Shown here piece after piece: positions 9,482-18,973 of a stretch of DNA of 64,000 nt (its first letter is position 1; every line of letters begins with the position of its first letter). Below the pieces are notes generated by a model. The model was not told the origin of the DNA. It was given only the letters and a program-made list of their open reading frames with translations, and did no database searches. The translations under genes were made by a program, and so were the position numbers. Source of the stretch: a bacterium (GTDB lineage Bacteria; Patescibacteriota; Microgenomatia; UBA1400; PJMF01); NCBI GenBank assembly GCA_017431625.1, contig JAFRKQ010000010.1:17503-81502 (forward strand), given 5' to 3'.

Positions 9482-10576
9482 CTATCTAAACTGACCGTTA
9501 CAATAGTGATCTATTAAAATTCTTCTGTCAATTGAATCAGTCACTTCGTTATCAATAAATTGTGCACAACTAATGTCTGTTGATTCATGCAATAAAAACT
9601 CTGTAAATATCTTGAGAACAGTTTTTATTTCGCCTGTTTGATTATTTACTGTAAAACTCACACTATAACAATGTCCCATGCAGATATCACTAAAGGGGTT
9701 AATTGATGCATCAAATCTCTCAATGTGATTAGCGTGATCTTCGTCCGTGCTGATATCAGTGATACTTCTAGTATGAATGTTTGATAAAGGATAGCTATAT
9801 TCTTGTTTATCGAAATATTCATCAACCGTACCATTAGTTTTTTGCGTGGCGGCGATCAATGAATTTCTTTGTTTTTCTTCAACTTCTTCAAACTCGTCCA
9901 GCATGCCCAATTCCCTTAAAGCTACAGCATTTGCGTCAAATATTTGCATGTCTGAGTAATAGTATGTCAAAGAATATACTTTGCCGTCATATATGTATAA
10001 TGCCAATCTATCTCCTTCTTCTATTCCACCAAAAGGATTACTTAATTGTCTGGTTTGATCTTCGATAAATCCTAACAACAATAGAGCTTTTTTGGCTTGT
10101 TCATAATAGAGTTCCATATTATCTTGATTAACTTCAATTATCCAATAGGCCAAATCGTGATCAGAACCAAAAGAATGTCTAAATTGTGGGCCACTCATAG
10201 TTAAAACAGGTTCTAGCGATTTTAACCTCCACCAAGTATCGATGCCAGCGCCATGCCAGCCTTTGGATTGGCCATATTCCCATCCATCATATAAAAGAAG
10301 ATATTTTGAAATCTTTTGATTCAGTTGTGAAGAGCTTTGATTTGCACCCTCTAAATCATCATTTTTTTCTTTCAAATTAGTCAATTCATTTTCGCCAATA
10401 TTGTCTAATTCCAAATCATGGTCGGATGTCTCTTGTAAAGAATTTTTGTCTGACTTTTCTATGGTGAAATTTAAGTACATAGCTATCACAGTCAATATAC
10501 ACAACACTGCTAAAACAAATATAACTATCCTTTTGTAAAAAGGCTCTATTGCAGTAGCTTTGTTATTATTTGGCAT
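9482..10576 (-). CDS. Hypothetical membrane-anchored protein (N-terminal TM, acidic low-complexity linker)
   Basis: 364 aa. Noticeably AT-rich compared with its neighbours. No recognisable domain. Confidence 0.55.
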   Translation of the reverse strand: MPNNNKATAIEPFYKRIVIFVLAVLCILTVIAMYLNFTIEKSDKNSLQETSDHDLELDNIGENELTNLKEKNDDLEGANQSSSQLNQKISKYLLLYDGWEYGQSKGWHGAGIDTWWRLKSLEPVLTMSGPQFRHSFGSDHDLAYWIIEVNQDNMELYYEQAKKALLLLGFIEDQTRQLSNPFGGIEEGDRLALYIYDGKVYSLTYYYSDMQIFDANAVALRELGMLDEFEEVEEKQRNSLIAATQKTNGTVDEYFDKQEYSYPLSNIHTRSITDISTDEDHANHIERFDASINPFSDICMGHCYSVSFTVNNQTGEIKTVLKIFTEFLLHESTDISCAQFIDNEVTDSIDRRILIDHYCNGQFR

Positions 10577-10653
10577 ATCTGCATTATTACATCACGTTTA
10601 TATTTCTTATTAATCAAGATTATTCACGATTGTAGCGAGAAAGACTCTCTTTG

Positions 10654-10727
10654 TGACCCCAAAGGGATTCGAACCCTTGATTTTTTGGATGAGAACCAAA
10701 TGTCCTGGACCGCTAGACGATGGGGCC
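10654..10727 (-). tRNA. tRNA-Glu: tRNA-Glu (anticodon CTC)
   Basis: Reverse complement GGCCCCATCGTCTAGCGGTCCAGGACATTTGGTTCTCATCCAAA..AGGGTTCGAATCCCTTTGGGGTCA. The cloverleaf closely matches E. coli tRNA-Glu. Minus consensus promoter -10 at 10743-10752. Confidence 0.85.
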
Positions 10728-10882
10728 ACATGTTAAAGATGAGCTATTATATCATGAAATCACACGCTTTGGGCAAGCAATTTCGTCACTAAATAATGAT
10801 ATTTTGTGATATAATAAGTGCATATTTACTGTGCTGGTAAATGTTCTTAAAAAACATACAACCAATGGAGGTGAGATAGTTG

Positions 10883-11083
10883 ATGAGTGCCGAAGGAATA
10901 CTGTTGATGATAGCAGTCTATCTGCTAGCGATCGGATCAATCATTAAGGTGCATTGGCGTGAGTTTTCGCGGCAAGATGACACTTTTGGGGCGTGTTTGT
11001 GCATGCTTTATCGCGCAATATTGACCCTGTTTGTATTGTATTATGCTTGGGTCGGCATTAAAGCGAGCCTCGAGTGCTTCTGA
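10883..11083 (+). CDS. Small hydrophobic membrane protein (66 aa)
   Basis: GGAGGTGA 9 nt upstream of ATG 10883. Upstream -10 TGTGATATAAT at about 10803-10815. Confidence 0.35.
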   Translation: MSAEGILLMIAVYLLAIGSIIKVHWREFSRQDDTFGACLCMLYRAILTLFVLYYAWVGIKASLECF

Positions 11084-11108
11084 TTTATCTTGGGCTGTAT
11101 TGTGACCG

Positions 11109-12191
11109 TCAGGGATTTCTCACTGGCGGTTTTTTTGTTGTGTCCACAAAAAAATGTAAATTATGGATACTGGCCAAGCGAGCAAAACTGTCATCACCGA
11201 TTTTGTACAAATGGTGTAAATACTCGCGAGTGGTCGTAGTGCAAGTGTGACACTGACAGTGTGGATCCAATGGCTGGCGATCATGGGTATATTGAGACTT
11301 ATTGAGATTGAGGAAAATGTAGTCTTTAATTTTTTGTGGGTCATGCACATACATGCGAGCGTGTCTGGCGTCACGAGTGGGGAGGACGCAGTCAAAAATC
11401 TGGTAACCTTGAGCGATCATCGCCTGGATTTCGTCGGGCTTACCAAAACCCATCGCGTAGCGTGGCCAATCGTCTGGCGTCAGTTGAGCATTTTTGGCCG
11501 ACCAGTCCAGATCCACACCACCGTGGTCATTAAATTTTTGTCCGCCCAAACAATAACCATCAAAACCAATTTTGAGCAATTCTTGGGCACACCAGCGGCG
11601 ACATTCCCAATCATCATGACCTTGGATGACAGCAAAAATCAAAGGACGCTCATGGTCAGTGAGACGCCAATATTTGATTTGACGGTCATATTCCTGACGG
11701 CAACGTTTGGCCCAGGAAACGGTGCGCTCAACACTCTGCTCGATCCGGGGACGCGTGGCGCTCGGAGGGGTAAAATCATCCAAACAAATGACGATGTCGC
11801 TGCCAAGGGCAAATTGCATCCTGATAGAGTCCTCAGGACGAAAGATGATCTTGTGTTGTTTTTTGGGGCCAGTATAGGTGACAAGGCCCCGATCAGTAAT
11901 TTTACCAAAACCAGGGATTTTTTGGAAAAGCGAGTGGACCTGAAAACCACCAGAATCTGAGATAATCAAACCATCAAAGCCCATGAGTTTTTTTATGCCG
12001 CCACAATCAAGTAAAAAATCGCGGCCAGGATAGTGATTGAGATGCCAGGTATTGACAATCATACCCTCAACTCCCGCCGCCAGCAAATCTGGAGTATCCA
12101 AACCCTTGACCACGCCGCGAGTGGCATCTGGACAAAAAATCGGCAGCGGATAAGTCTTGCCTTTGATTGTTAGCGACTCAATCATGAACAT
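11109..12191 (-). CDS. tgt: Queuine tRNA-ribosyltransferase
   Basis: 360 aa. NTWHL, DSGGFQV, and the C-terminal zinc motif CQCHTC. Confidence 0.85.
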   Translation of the reverse strand: MFMIESLTIKGKTYPLPIFCPDATRGVVKGLDTPDLLAAGVEGMIVNTWHLNHYPGRDFLLDCGGIKKLMGFDGLIISDSGGFQVHSLFQKIPGFGKITDRGLVTYTGPKKQHKIIFRPEDSIRMQFALGSDIVICLDDFTPPSATRPRIEQSVERTVSWAKRCRQEYDRQIKYWRLTDHERPLIFAVIQGHDDWECRRWCAQELLKIGFDGYCLGGQKFNDHGGVDLDWSAKNAQLTPDDWPRYAMGFGKPDEIQAMIAQGYQIFDCVLPTRDARHARMYVHDPQKIKDYIFLNLNKSQYTHDRQPLDPHCQCHTCTTTTREYLHHLYKIGDDSFARLASIHNLHFFVDTTKKPPVRNP

Positions 12192-12498
12192 CCTTTGCGA
12201 GTTGATAGGACCTATTTATCAAGTAAATTTCTGTTCCAACGCCAATAATAAGCCAAAAGTAAACTAGAGGGTTGCTTTGCCAAGCTGCCTGAAAGTGGCC
12301 GTGAAAAAGATGCGATAAGCCACGTAAAGTTCCACAGCCTAAGCAATCATGATGAAATATAAGTCGAAACAGGCACAACTCAAAAGGCAAATCTGACCAG
12401 AAGCTTTCTGGTAGGAAAGAAAATGATAGTAGCCCTAGCGGTAAACAAACGGCCAGCAGACGATATGCTAGTGGTTGATAGGCCAAAGAAACTCTCAT
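12178..12498 (-). CDS. Small membrane protein, DUF2752-like (C-x-x-C-G-T-L-R motif)
   Basis: 106 aa. HHDCLGCGTLRGL. Hydrophobic. Confidence 0.45.
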   Translation of the reverse strand: MRVSLAYQPLAYRLLAVCLPLGLLSFSFLPESFWSDLPFELCLFRLIFHHDCLGCGTLRGLSHLFHGHFQAAWQSNPLVYFWLIIGVGTEIYLINRSYQLAKDVHD

Positions 12499-12948
12499 TT
12501 AATCTCGCAATAAATTACCTCGAGCGTCAGTATCAAAACCAGCCGCGCCAGACAGAATTAATGCGCCCTCAATAAAAGCCCAAATACAGGCCGCGCCGGC
12601 TCCCAAACCACAAGTGATTGGGCCGATCAGGACAGTCAAAACTAACTGGCAAATTGCCCGAGTATAAAACCCTAGATAAAAATTATGAACACCCAAACTT
12701 CCCAAGAAAAAGGCCAATAATGCCGCGACCACTCGCGAATGGGTAATGTCATTACAAACTACCCCTGTGAGTGGTTCTGAGTTAGTTTGATAGGTTTCAC
12801 GTGAAGCACTGGTGCGGGTTTTGGAATTATCATCCAAGCGATGACCACAAGCAGGACAATAAACATCATCAACCCTGACATTGCGGCCGCACTGCCCGCA
12901 GGTGCGCGGTCGGCGATTTTGAGTGGTTTTATTACTATTAGTCGTCAT
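12499..12948 (-). CDS. Zinc-ribbon plus TM2-domain membrane protein
   Basis: CGQCG..CPACGH zinc ribbon. GVHNFYLGF TM2-like region. Confidence 0.55.
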   Translation of the reverse strand: MTTNSNKTTQNRRPRTCGQCGRNVRVDDVYCPACGHRLDDNSKTRTSASRETYQTNSEPLTGVVCNDITHSRVVAALLAFFLGSLGVHNFYLGFYTRAICQLVLTVLIGPITCGLGAGAACIWAFIEGALILSGAAGFDTDARGNLLRD

Positions 12949-13146
12949 TTTTTCTTTCTATCTAATGCCAATTACTAATAATATAACATACTTTGAGGTA
13001 CTTGTCAAGGGTTGACAAAACTAGCCTTGTGTGTTAGAATAGGGACTTGTTGTTACAAATATGATTGGCGAGTTTAAAATACTGATAAATGTTAAGGGTA
13101 CGGGCGAGTAAATAAAATTTTGGGTAGTTTTGAAAAAAGAGTTGGT

Positions 13147-14886
13147 ATGTGGTCGCAAATAAAAAAAATCTGGCAGTTACTTGGTGAGTATCAGAAAGTG
13201 ACAATTCTGACGCCATTTTTGGCAGTGCTGGGTGCCGGAGCGGAGACCATTGCCCCTTTGCTAATGGCGGCTATGATTGATCAGGGTGTCAATACCGGCA
13301 ATCTCCAGCAAATATATTGGTATGCTACCTGGACATTGCTCTTTTCGCTCCTGGGTATGGGAGCGTCAGCTTGGGCAGCAATTTGCGCGGCGCGGGCGGG
13401 AGCGGGGATGGCCAAGAATGTCCGTGCTGCTATGTACGCCCGTATTCAGGATTTTTCCTTTCGCAATATCGACAAATTTTCTCCGGCAAGTTTGATTACC
13501 CGTATGACTTCAGATGTCAATAGTGTCCAGAACGCTTTTAGTATATTAATTCGCATGGCAGTGCGGGCGCCAGCATCCTTGTTTTTTTCTCTCGTGGTGG
13601 CTTTTATCCTCAATTGGCGCCTAGCATTGATATTTTTAGTGCTGGCTCCAGTAATAATTATTGGTATGTATTTTATTTCTACTAGGGCTCACCCGCATTT
13701 CAAAAAACTGTTCAAAATCTATGATCGGCTTAATTTGGTAGTGGAAGAAAATGTCCGAGGGGTAAGAGTAGTCAAGACATTTGTCACCCAAAGGCGTGAG
13801 ATTAACAAATTTCATACAGTTTCTGATGAAATTTACCAGGAATTTAGTTTAGCAGAAAAGATTTTGGCAGCTACAAGTCCGCTGATGGAGATTTGTACTT
13901 ATGCCTCTATTATCGCTATTGCTTGGTTTGGTAGTCATTTCATTATTGAAGGCACGTTTACTACTGGCGAGCTGATTAGTTTGGTCAACTATAGTATGCA
14001 TATTCTAATGAGCTTAATGATGATTTCGATGATGATGGTGATGTTGGTGATGTCACGCGCGGCACTCGAGCGGATTTGTGAAGTCCTCGACGAGGTGGTG
14101 GATCTGGTCAATCCAGAACATCCCATCAAAATTGTTCCAGATGGACGTGTAGATTTTGCTTGCGTTGGCTTTAGTTATGTGGGCGATCGACGTCGCGAGT
14201 GTTTGCAAAATATTAGTTTACATGTTCCTAGTGGGCAGACGCTGGGGATTATCGGCGGCACTGGCGCCGGCAAAACATCACTAGTGCAGTTAATCCCTCG
14301 TCTTTATGATACCACACAAGGCTCAGTGCGAGTTGGTGGTCATGATGTGCGTGATTATGATCTCAAAGCTCTACGCGACAGTGTAGCGATGGTCTTGCAA
14401 AAAAATGTTCTTTTTTCTGGTACAATTCGCCAAAACTTACGCTGGGGCAATCCTCATGCTAGCGATCAAGAGATGATCACTGCCTGTCAACAGGCGCAAA
14501 TTCATGATTTTATTGTTTCGCTACCGGCCGGTTATGACACTCAAGTTGAGCAAGGTGGGACCAATTTTTCTGGAGGCCAGCGCCAGCGGCTGTGTATTGC
14601 CAGAGCACTCCTCAAACAGCCCAAAGTCTTGATTTTGGATGATTCTACCAGTGCTGTCGACACCAAGACTGAAGGTCTAATTCGTGGCGCCTGGAAAACT
14701 CAGATCCCAAACACAACCATCATCATTATTGCCCAAAGAATTCTGTCAGTACAACAAGCTGATCAGATCCTGGTCCTTGATGATGGCCAGATTTCTGGCC
14801 TAGGTACGCATGAACAGCTTTTAGCTACCAACAAAATTTATCAAGAAGTTTATGCGTCGCAAGCCAATCAGGAGGTGACATCATGA
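13147..14886 (+). CDS. ABC transporter permease/ATP-binding protein (exporter half 1)
   Basis: Six TM segments followed by an NBD. GGTGAGKTS, LSGGQRQR, ILDDSTSAVD. The track start is a TTG at 13120; first ATG at 13147. Promoter TTGACAaaactagccttgtgtgtTAGAAT at about 13010-13040. Confidence 0.85.
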   Translation: MWSQIKKIWQLLGEYQKVTILTPFLAVLGAGAETIAPLLMAAMIDQGVNTGNLQQIYWYATWTLLFSLLGMGASAWAAICAARAGAGMAKNVRAAMYARIQDFSFRNIDKFSPASLITRMTSDVNSVQNAFSILIRMAVRAPASLFFSLVVAFILNWRLALIFLVLAPVIIIGMYFISTRAHPHFKKLFKIYDRLNLVVEENVRGVRVVKTFVTQRREINKFHTVSDEIYQEFSLAEKILAATSPLMEICTYASIIAIAWFGSHFIIEGTFTTGELISLVNYSMHILMSLMMISMMMVMLVMSRAALERICEVLDEVVDLVNPEHPIKIVPDGRVDFACVGFSYVGDRRRECLQNISLHVPSGQTLGIIGGTGAGKTSLVQLIPRLYDTTQGSVRVGGHDVRDYDLKALRDSVAMVLQKNVLFSGTIRQNLRWGNPHASDQEMITACQQAQIHDFIVSLPAGYDTQVEQGGTNFSGGQRQRLCIARALLKQPKVLILDDSTSAVDTKTEGLIRGAWKTQIPNTTIIIIAQRILSVQQADQILVLDDGQISGLGTHEQLLATNKIYQEVYASQANQEVTS

Positions 14887-16751
14887 CCAATCACACAATG
14901 ACCACACGCCATCATCTTGATCATCGCTTGCTAAAGCGCTTGCTGCGTCAAATCTGGCCCTTTAGGTGGCGAGCCGCTTGTGTACTGGTGTTGATTATTT
15001 TGGCCAATCTTGATACCGTCATTAATTCCTTGTATATAGGTCTGTTGATTGACAAGTATATTCAGCCAATGCTGGCTAGTGGTAGCCACGACTTCACTCC
15101 CTTAATGCTCTCGCTTATGACAATGAGTTGCATTTATTTATTTGGTGTCGTTGTGTCATTTTTGTCTGAGTATTTGATGATTCCCGTGACTCAGGGGGTG
15201 CTTAAAAATATTCGTGACAAGATGTTTGTCCGTTTACAGCATTTGCCGTTGGAGTATTTTGACAACAATAAATTCGGCGATATCATGAGTCGTTTCACCA
15301 ATGACACTGACACCCTCGAACAGATGATTGGCCGGAGTCTACCCAACGTTATCACCTCGATCACGATGATTATTATGGTGGTAATTACCATGATTTATCA
15401 GAGTTTTTATCTGACACTGGTAGCTGCCGGTGTCATTGGAGTGATGATGTGGGTGAGTGCGATGATCCTCAAGCGCTCTGGTCGCTATTTTGTGATTCAC
15501 CAAAAGACCTTGGGCGATGTGAATGGTTTGATTGAGGAAACCATCAGTGGTCAGAAAGTGATTAAGGTTTTTTCGCATGAGCGAGAAGCTATTCGTGATT
15601 TTACGCGACTTAATGACAAACTCGCACTTAATAATCAACGGGCCAATGCTTATGCTAATGTTCTGATGCCCATTATGATTAATTTTGGGAATTTGCAATA
15701 TATTTTAATAGGTATCATTGGTGGGATTATGGCTGTCAATGGTTGGGGAGGGGTAAGTCTGGGCTTGATTGCTAGCTTTATGTATTTGAGTCGCAACCTG
15801 TCACGGCCTATAAGCATGGTTTCCCAACAGCTCAACTCAATAGTCGTGGCTTTGGCCGGTGCTAGTCGTATTTTTGCTCTTATTGATGAGCAGCCTGAAG
15901 AAGATAACGGACAAATCACCCTAGTCAACGCCAAAAAGACTCACGGCCAATTGCAAGAAACCCGTGCACACACCGGTCTGTGGGCTTGGAAAAAGCCTGA
16001 TGGTCAATTGGTTGAGCTTGAGGGTGATGTGCGTTTTGAACATGTGACTTTTTCGTATCAGCCGGGTAAACCTGTACTTAATGACGTCAGTTTTTACGCC
16101 CAGCCAGGGCAAAAAATTGCTTTTGTTGGTCACACTGGTGCCGGTAAAACTACAATCACCAATTTACTCAATCGCTTCTATGACATTGACGCGGGCACCA
16201 TTCTTTATGATGGTCTTGATATTAAAGATATCAAAAAGGCTGATTTGCGCCGCTCTTTGGGGATAGTGCTTCAAGAAACCAATTTATTTACTGGCAGTGT
16301 TCGTGACAATATCGCCTACGGCAAGCCTCTAGCCGACTGGTCAGCCATTGAGGCTGCCGCCAAAACCGCCAATGCTGATAGTTTTATTCAGCATCTGCCG
16401 CAAGGCTACCAAACCAAACTCGAGGGTGATGGCTCTGATTTATCGCAAGGTCAGCGCCAACTGCTGGCTATCGCTCGAGCCGCCTTGCTTGATCCGCCCG
16501 TGATGATTTTGGACGAGGCGACCTCGAGTATTGATACGCGCACTGAGCGATTGATTCAAGAAGGCATGGATAATCTCATGGCTGGGCGCACGACCTTGGT
16601 CATTGCTCACCGCCTGTCTACTGTCAGACAAGCGCGAGCCATAATGGTGATGGACCACGGTCGCATTATAGAATCTGGTTCACACGAGAAGTTGATGAAA
16701 CAAAAAGGCGTTTATTATCAGCTCTACACCGGTGCTTTTGAATTAGAGTAG
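14883..16751 (+). CDS. ABC transporter permease/ATP-binding protein (exporter half 2)
   Basis: 622 aa. GHTGAGKTT, LSQGQRQL, ILDEATSSID. ATGA overlap with the upstream gene gives a heterodimeric exporter pair. Confidence 0.85.
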   Translation: MTNHTMTTRHHLDHRLLKRLLRQIWPFRWRAACVLVLIILANLDTVINSLYIGLLIDKYIQPMLASGSHDFTPLMLSLMTMSCIYLFGVVVSFLSEYLMIPVTQGVLKNIRDKMFVRLQHLPLEYFDNNKFGDIMSRFTNDTDTLEQMIGRSLPNVITSITMIIMVVITMIYQSFYLTLVAAGVIGVMMWVSAMILKRSGRYFVIHQKTLGDVNGLIEETISGQKVIKVFSHEREAIRDFTRLNDKLALNNQRANAYANVLMPIMINFGNLQYILIGIIGGIMAVNGWGGVSLGLIASFMYLSRNLSRPISMVSQQLNSIVVALAGASRIFALIDEQPEEDNGQITLVNAKKTHGQLQETRAHTGLWAWKKPDGQLVELEGDVRFEHVTFSYQPGKPVLNDVSFYAQPGQKIAFVGHTGAGKTTITNLLNRFYDIDAGTILYDGLDIKDIKKADLRRSLGIVLQETNLFTGSVRDNIAYGKPLADWSAIEAAAKTANADSFIQHLPQGYQTKLEGDGSDLSQGQRQLLAIARAALLDPPVMILDEATSSIDTRTERLIQEGMDNLMAGRTTLVIAHRLSTVRQARAIMVMDHGRIIESGSHEKLMKQKGVYYQLYTGAFELE

Positions 16752-16758
16752 GAGAATT

Positions 16759-17511
16759 ATGTCAACAGTCAACGACAAGCCAGCGCTCTTAGTTCAAGGA
16801 GATTTCCAGTTTCCTTACCATTACAAATTTCCCGGTCAAGAGAGCAGTGAGGTGATTCTTTATGCCACTCGCGAGTCTCGACGACTGCTTTGGCTGCGCT
16901 ATACCTGGTTGATATTGGCCCTCTTAATCACCTATATCACCATTTATTGGTTGTGCTTTGAGCTGGGTCCTACCATTCTGGAGACTGGTCCGTGGCTACA
17001 TCTGGCACTGGTTTGCGCTCTGGTGAGTAGTACCTGTGGTTTGGCGGTCTACTATTATCTATCGCTGACCTGGCGCAAGACAGTGGGGATTCTTACCAAT
17101 TACCGCTTGGTAAAAATTGTCCAATACGGACTTTTTAATCACGCCACTCAGACTCTACCGCTTGATGAGGTGGTGGACACCAGTGTTGGCAATAAAAAAA
17201 TTTGGGAACGACTGCTTGGGGTCGCTACTTTTACGGCCCGCTCGAGCGCAGCTAGCTCTGGTCTGGCCACCGATGATGCTAGTGAGGGACGCTTTCGGAT
17301 CAACAAAAAGTATTTTTATTGGGAAAATATTGAGTATGGTGAGGACTTTGAAAACTATCTACACAAAATCCTCAAGCTCAGACATGACAATCCGATGCTA
17401 GATTTAACCTATTTTCGCCCATTTATCGGTAATTTAAAGGGAGATGAGCGTGAGCGGTTTATGCAGCGGTATCCTCAGTACTGGAGTCGCTCAACACAAA
17501 TTGCCCCTTGA
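16759..17511 (+). CDS. Membrane protein with bacterial PH-like domain (YdbT-like)
   Basis: 250 aa with TM helices. RBS AGGAG. The stop overlaps the -35 of promoter A. Confidence 0.45.
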   Translation: MSTVNDKPALLVQGDFQFPYHYKFPGQESSEVILYATRESRRLLWLRYTWLILALLITYITIYWLCFELGPTILETGPWLHLALVCALVSSTCGLAVYYYLSLTWRKTVGILTNYRLVKIVQYGLFNHATQTLPLDEVVDTSVGNKKIWERLLGVATFTARSSAASSGLATDDASEGRFRINKKYFYWENIEYGEDFENYLHKILKLRHDNPMLDLTYFRPFIGNLKGDERERFMQRYPQYWSRSTQIAP

Positions 17512-17537
17512 CAAAAAAGCAATAGTATGATATAATA
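17500..17537 (+). promoter_or_regulatory. Consensus promoter (TTGACA 17508-17513, TATAAT 17531-17536)
   Basis: aaATTGCCCCTTGACAAAAaagcaatagtatgaTATAATatagggt. Followed 7 nt later by a 32-codon ORF and then murA. Confidence 0.6.
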
Positions 17538-17643
17538 TAGGGTATGAAAGAACAATTAAGAGTCTGTCGAGTCCAGTCAAGCCGAGCTGATATCGGTCTT
17601 GGTGAGTATCAAGTAGCTTGGCTTTTTGCCTGGAGTCAATGAA

Positions 17644-18972
17644 ATGTCAAAGTTTGTGGTCACAGGTGGTACACCGCTTTATGGTTCAGTAAGAGTTGGA
17701 GGGGCGAAGAATTCCTCCTGGAAAATAATGATCGCCAGCCTCCTGGCTAGCTCCCCTTCACGTCTGCTCAATTTACCGCATATTGCTGATGTCGCATTTG
17801 TGGCGGATTTGATTCGTACTCTGGGTGGACGGGTCGAGTGTCGTGGCGAGCGAATGTTTGTCATTGACCCGAGTGGTCTTAAGGCTGACCAGATTGATTC
17901 TGACAAAGGTGAGTTTTCGCGCTCATCCGTGGCCTTTTTGCCAGTGCTTTTGGCTCGTTTTGGCGAGGCTTGTGTGCCCTTGCCTGGGGGTGATAAAATT
18001 GGCAAGCGACCACTAGAGCGCCATTTCCAAGGTCTAGAGACACTGGGGGTCAACCTCGAGGTCAAAAATGGCTTGGTCAAGGCTAGTTTGCCTGGGGGAC
18101 ATTTTCGCGCAGGTCAGTATCGCTTTGCCAAAAACTCTCACACTGGCACCGAGACACTCTTGATGGCTGCTAGTCTGGCTCGTGGTACTACGATTTTGGA
18201 GAATGCTGCTGTTGAGCCAGAAGTTCTCGATTTAGTGGGTTTTCTCAATAGCTGTGGGGCGCAAATTCGTCTGATTCGGCCACGCACTTACGAGATTCAT
18301 GGAGTGGAACGACTCTATGGTAGCATCTATAAGATCATGCCTGATCGTAATGAGACTGTTTCTTACGCGTGCGCGGCGATTGCCACCCGTGGCGATGTTA
18401 TTGTTGAAAATGCCCGCGCGGCTGATTTAACGGCTTTTTTGGCAAAATTGGCTGATATTGGTGCTGGCTTTGAGGTCGGTGATTTTGGGGTGCGATTTTT
18501 TTACTATGACACCTTGCAGGCCACTGACGTGACTACCTCGATTCATCCGGGGTTTATGACGGACTGGCAACCGCTTTGGGCCACACTTTTGACACAATGT
18601 AAGGGAGTGAGCACAATTCATGAGACGGTCATGCAGTCACGCTTTCAGTATGTAGCACCACTGCAAGCCATGGGGGCGCAAATGGAGATTTTCCAGCCAG
18701 CAGTCACTGATCCTGATCGGACTTATAATTTTAATTTGAGTGACGATAAACCTGATGCCTGTCACGCCGTGCGTATTACTGGCCCAACCCGTTTCCGAGG
18801 TGGCGAGTTTGCGGTCCATGATCTACGTGCGGGAGCAACATTGATTTTGGCGGGACTAGGTAGCAGTGAGCAGTTGACACTCACCAATATCGAGCAAATT
18901 GATCGTGGTTACGAGCATTTTGACGAAAAACTGCGCACCTTGGGAGCAAAGATTGAGAGGGTAGAGGACTAA
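17644..18972 (+). CDS. murA: UDP-N-acetylglucosamine 1-carboxyvinyltransferase
   Basis: MSKFVVTGG..GAKNSSWKIMIASLLA.. (MurA/EPSP-synthase fold). GGAG 8 nt upstream of ATG 17644. The track ORF starts 18 nt earlier. Confidence 0.85.
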   Translation: MSKFVVTGGTPLYGSVRVGGAKNSSWKIMIASLLASSPSRLLNLPHIADVAFVADLIRTLGGRVECRGERMFVIDPSGLKADQIDSDKGEFSRSSVAFLPVLLARFGEACVPLPGGDKIGKRPLERHFQGLETLGVNLEVKNGLVKASLPGGHFRAGQYRFAKNSHTGTETLLMAASLARGTTILENAAVEPEVLDLVGFLNSCGAQIRLIRPRTYEIHGVERLYGSIYKIMPDRNETVSYACAAIATRGDVIVENARAADLTAFLAKLADIGAGFEVGDFGVRFFYYDTLQATDVTTSIHPGFMTDWQPLWATLLTQCKGVSTIHETVMQSRFQYVAPLQAMGAQMEIFQPAVTDPDRTYNFNLSDDKPDACHAVRITGPTRFRGGEFAVHDLRAGATLILAGLGSSEQLTLTNIEQIDRGYEHFDEKLRTLGAKIERVED

Positions 18973-18973
18973 A

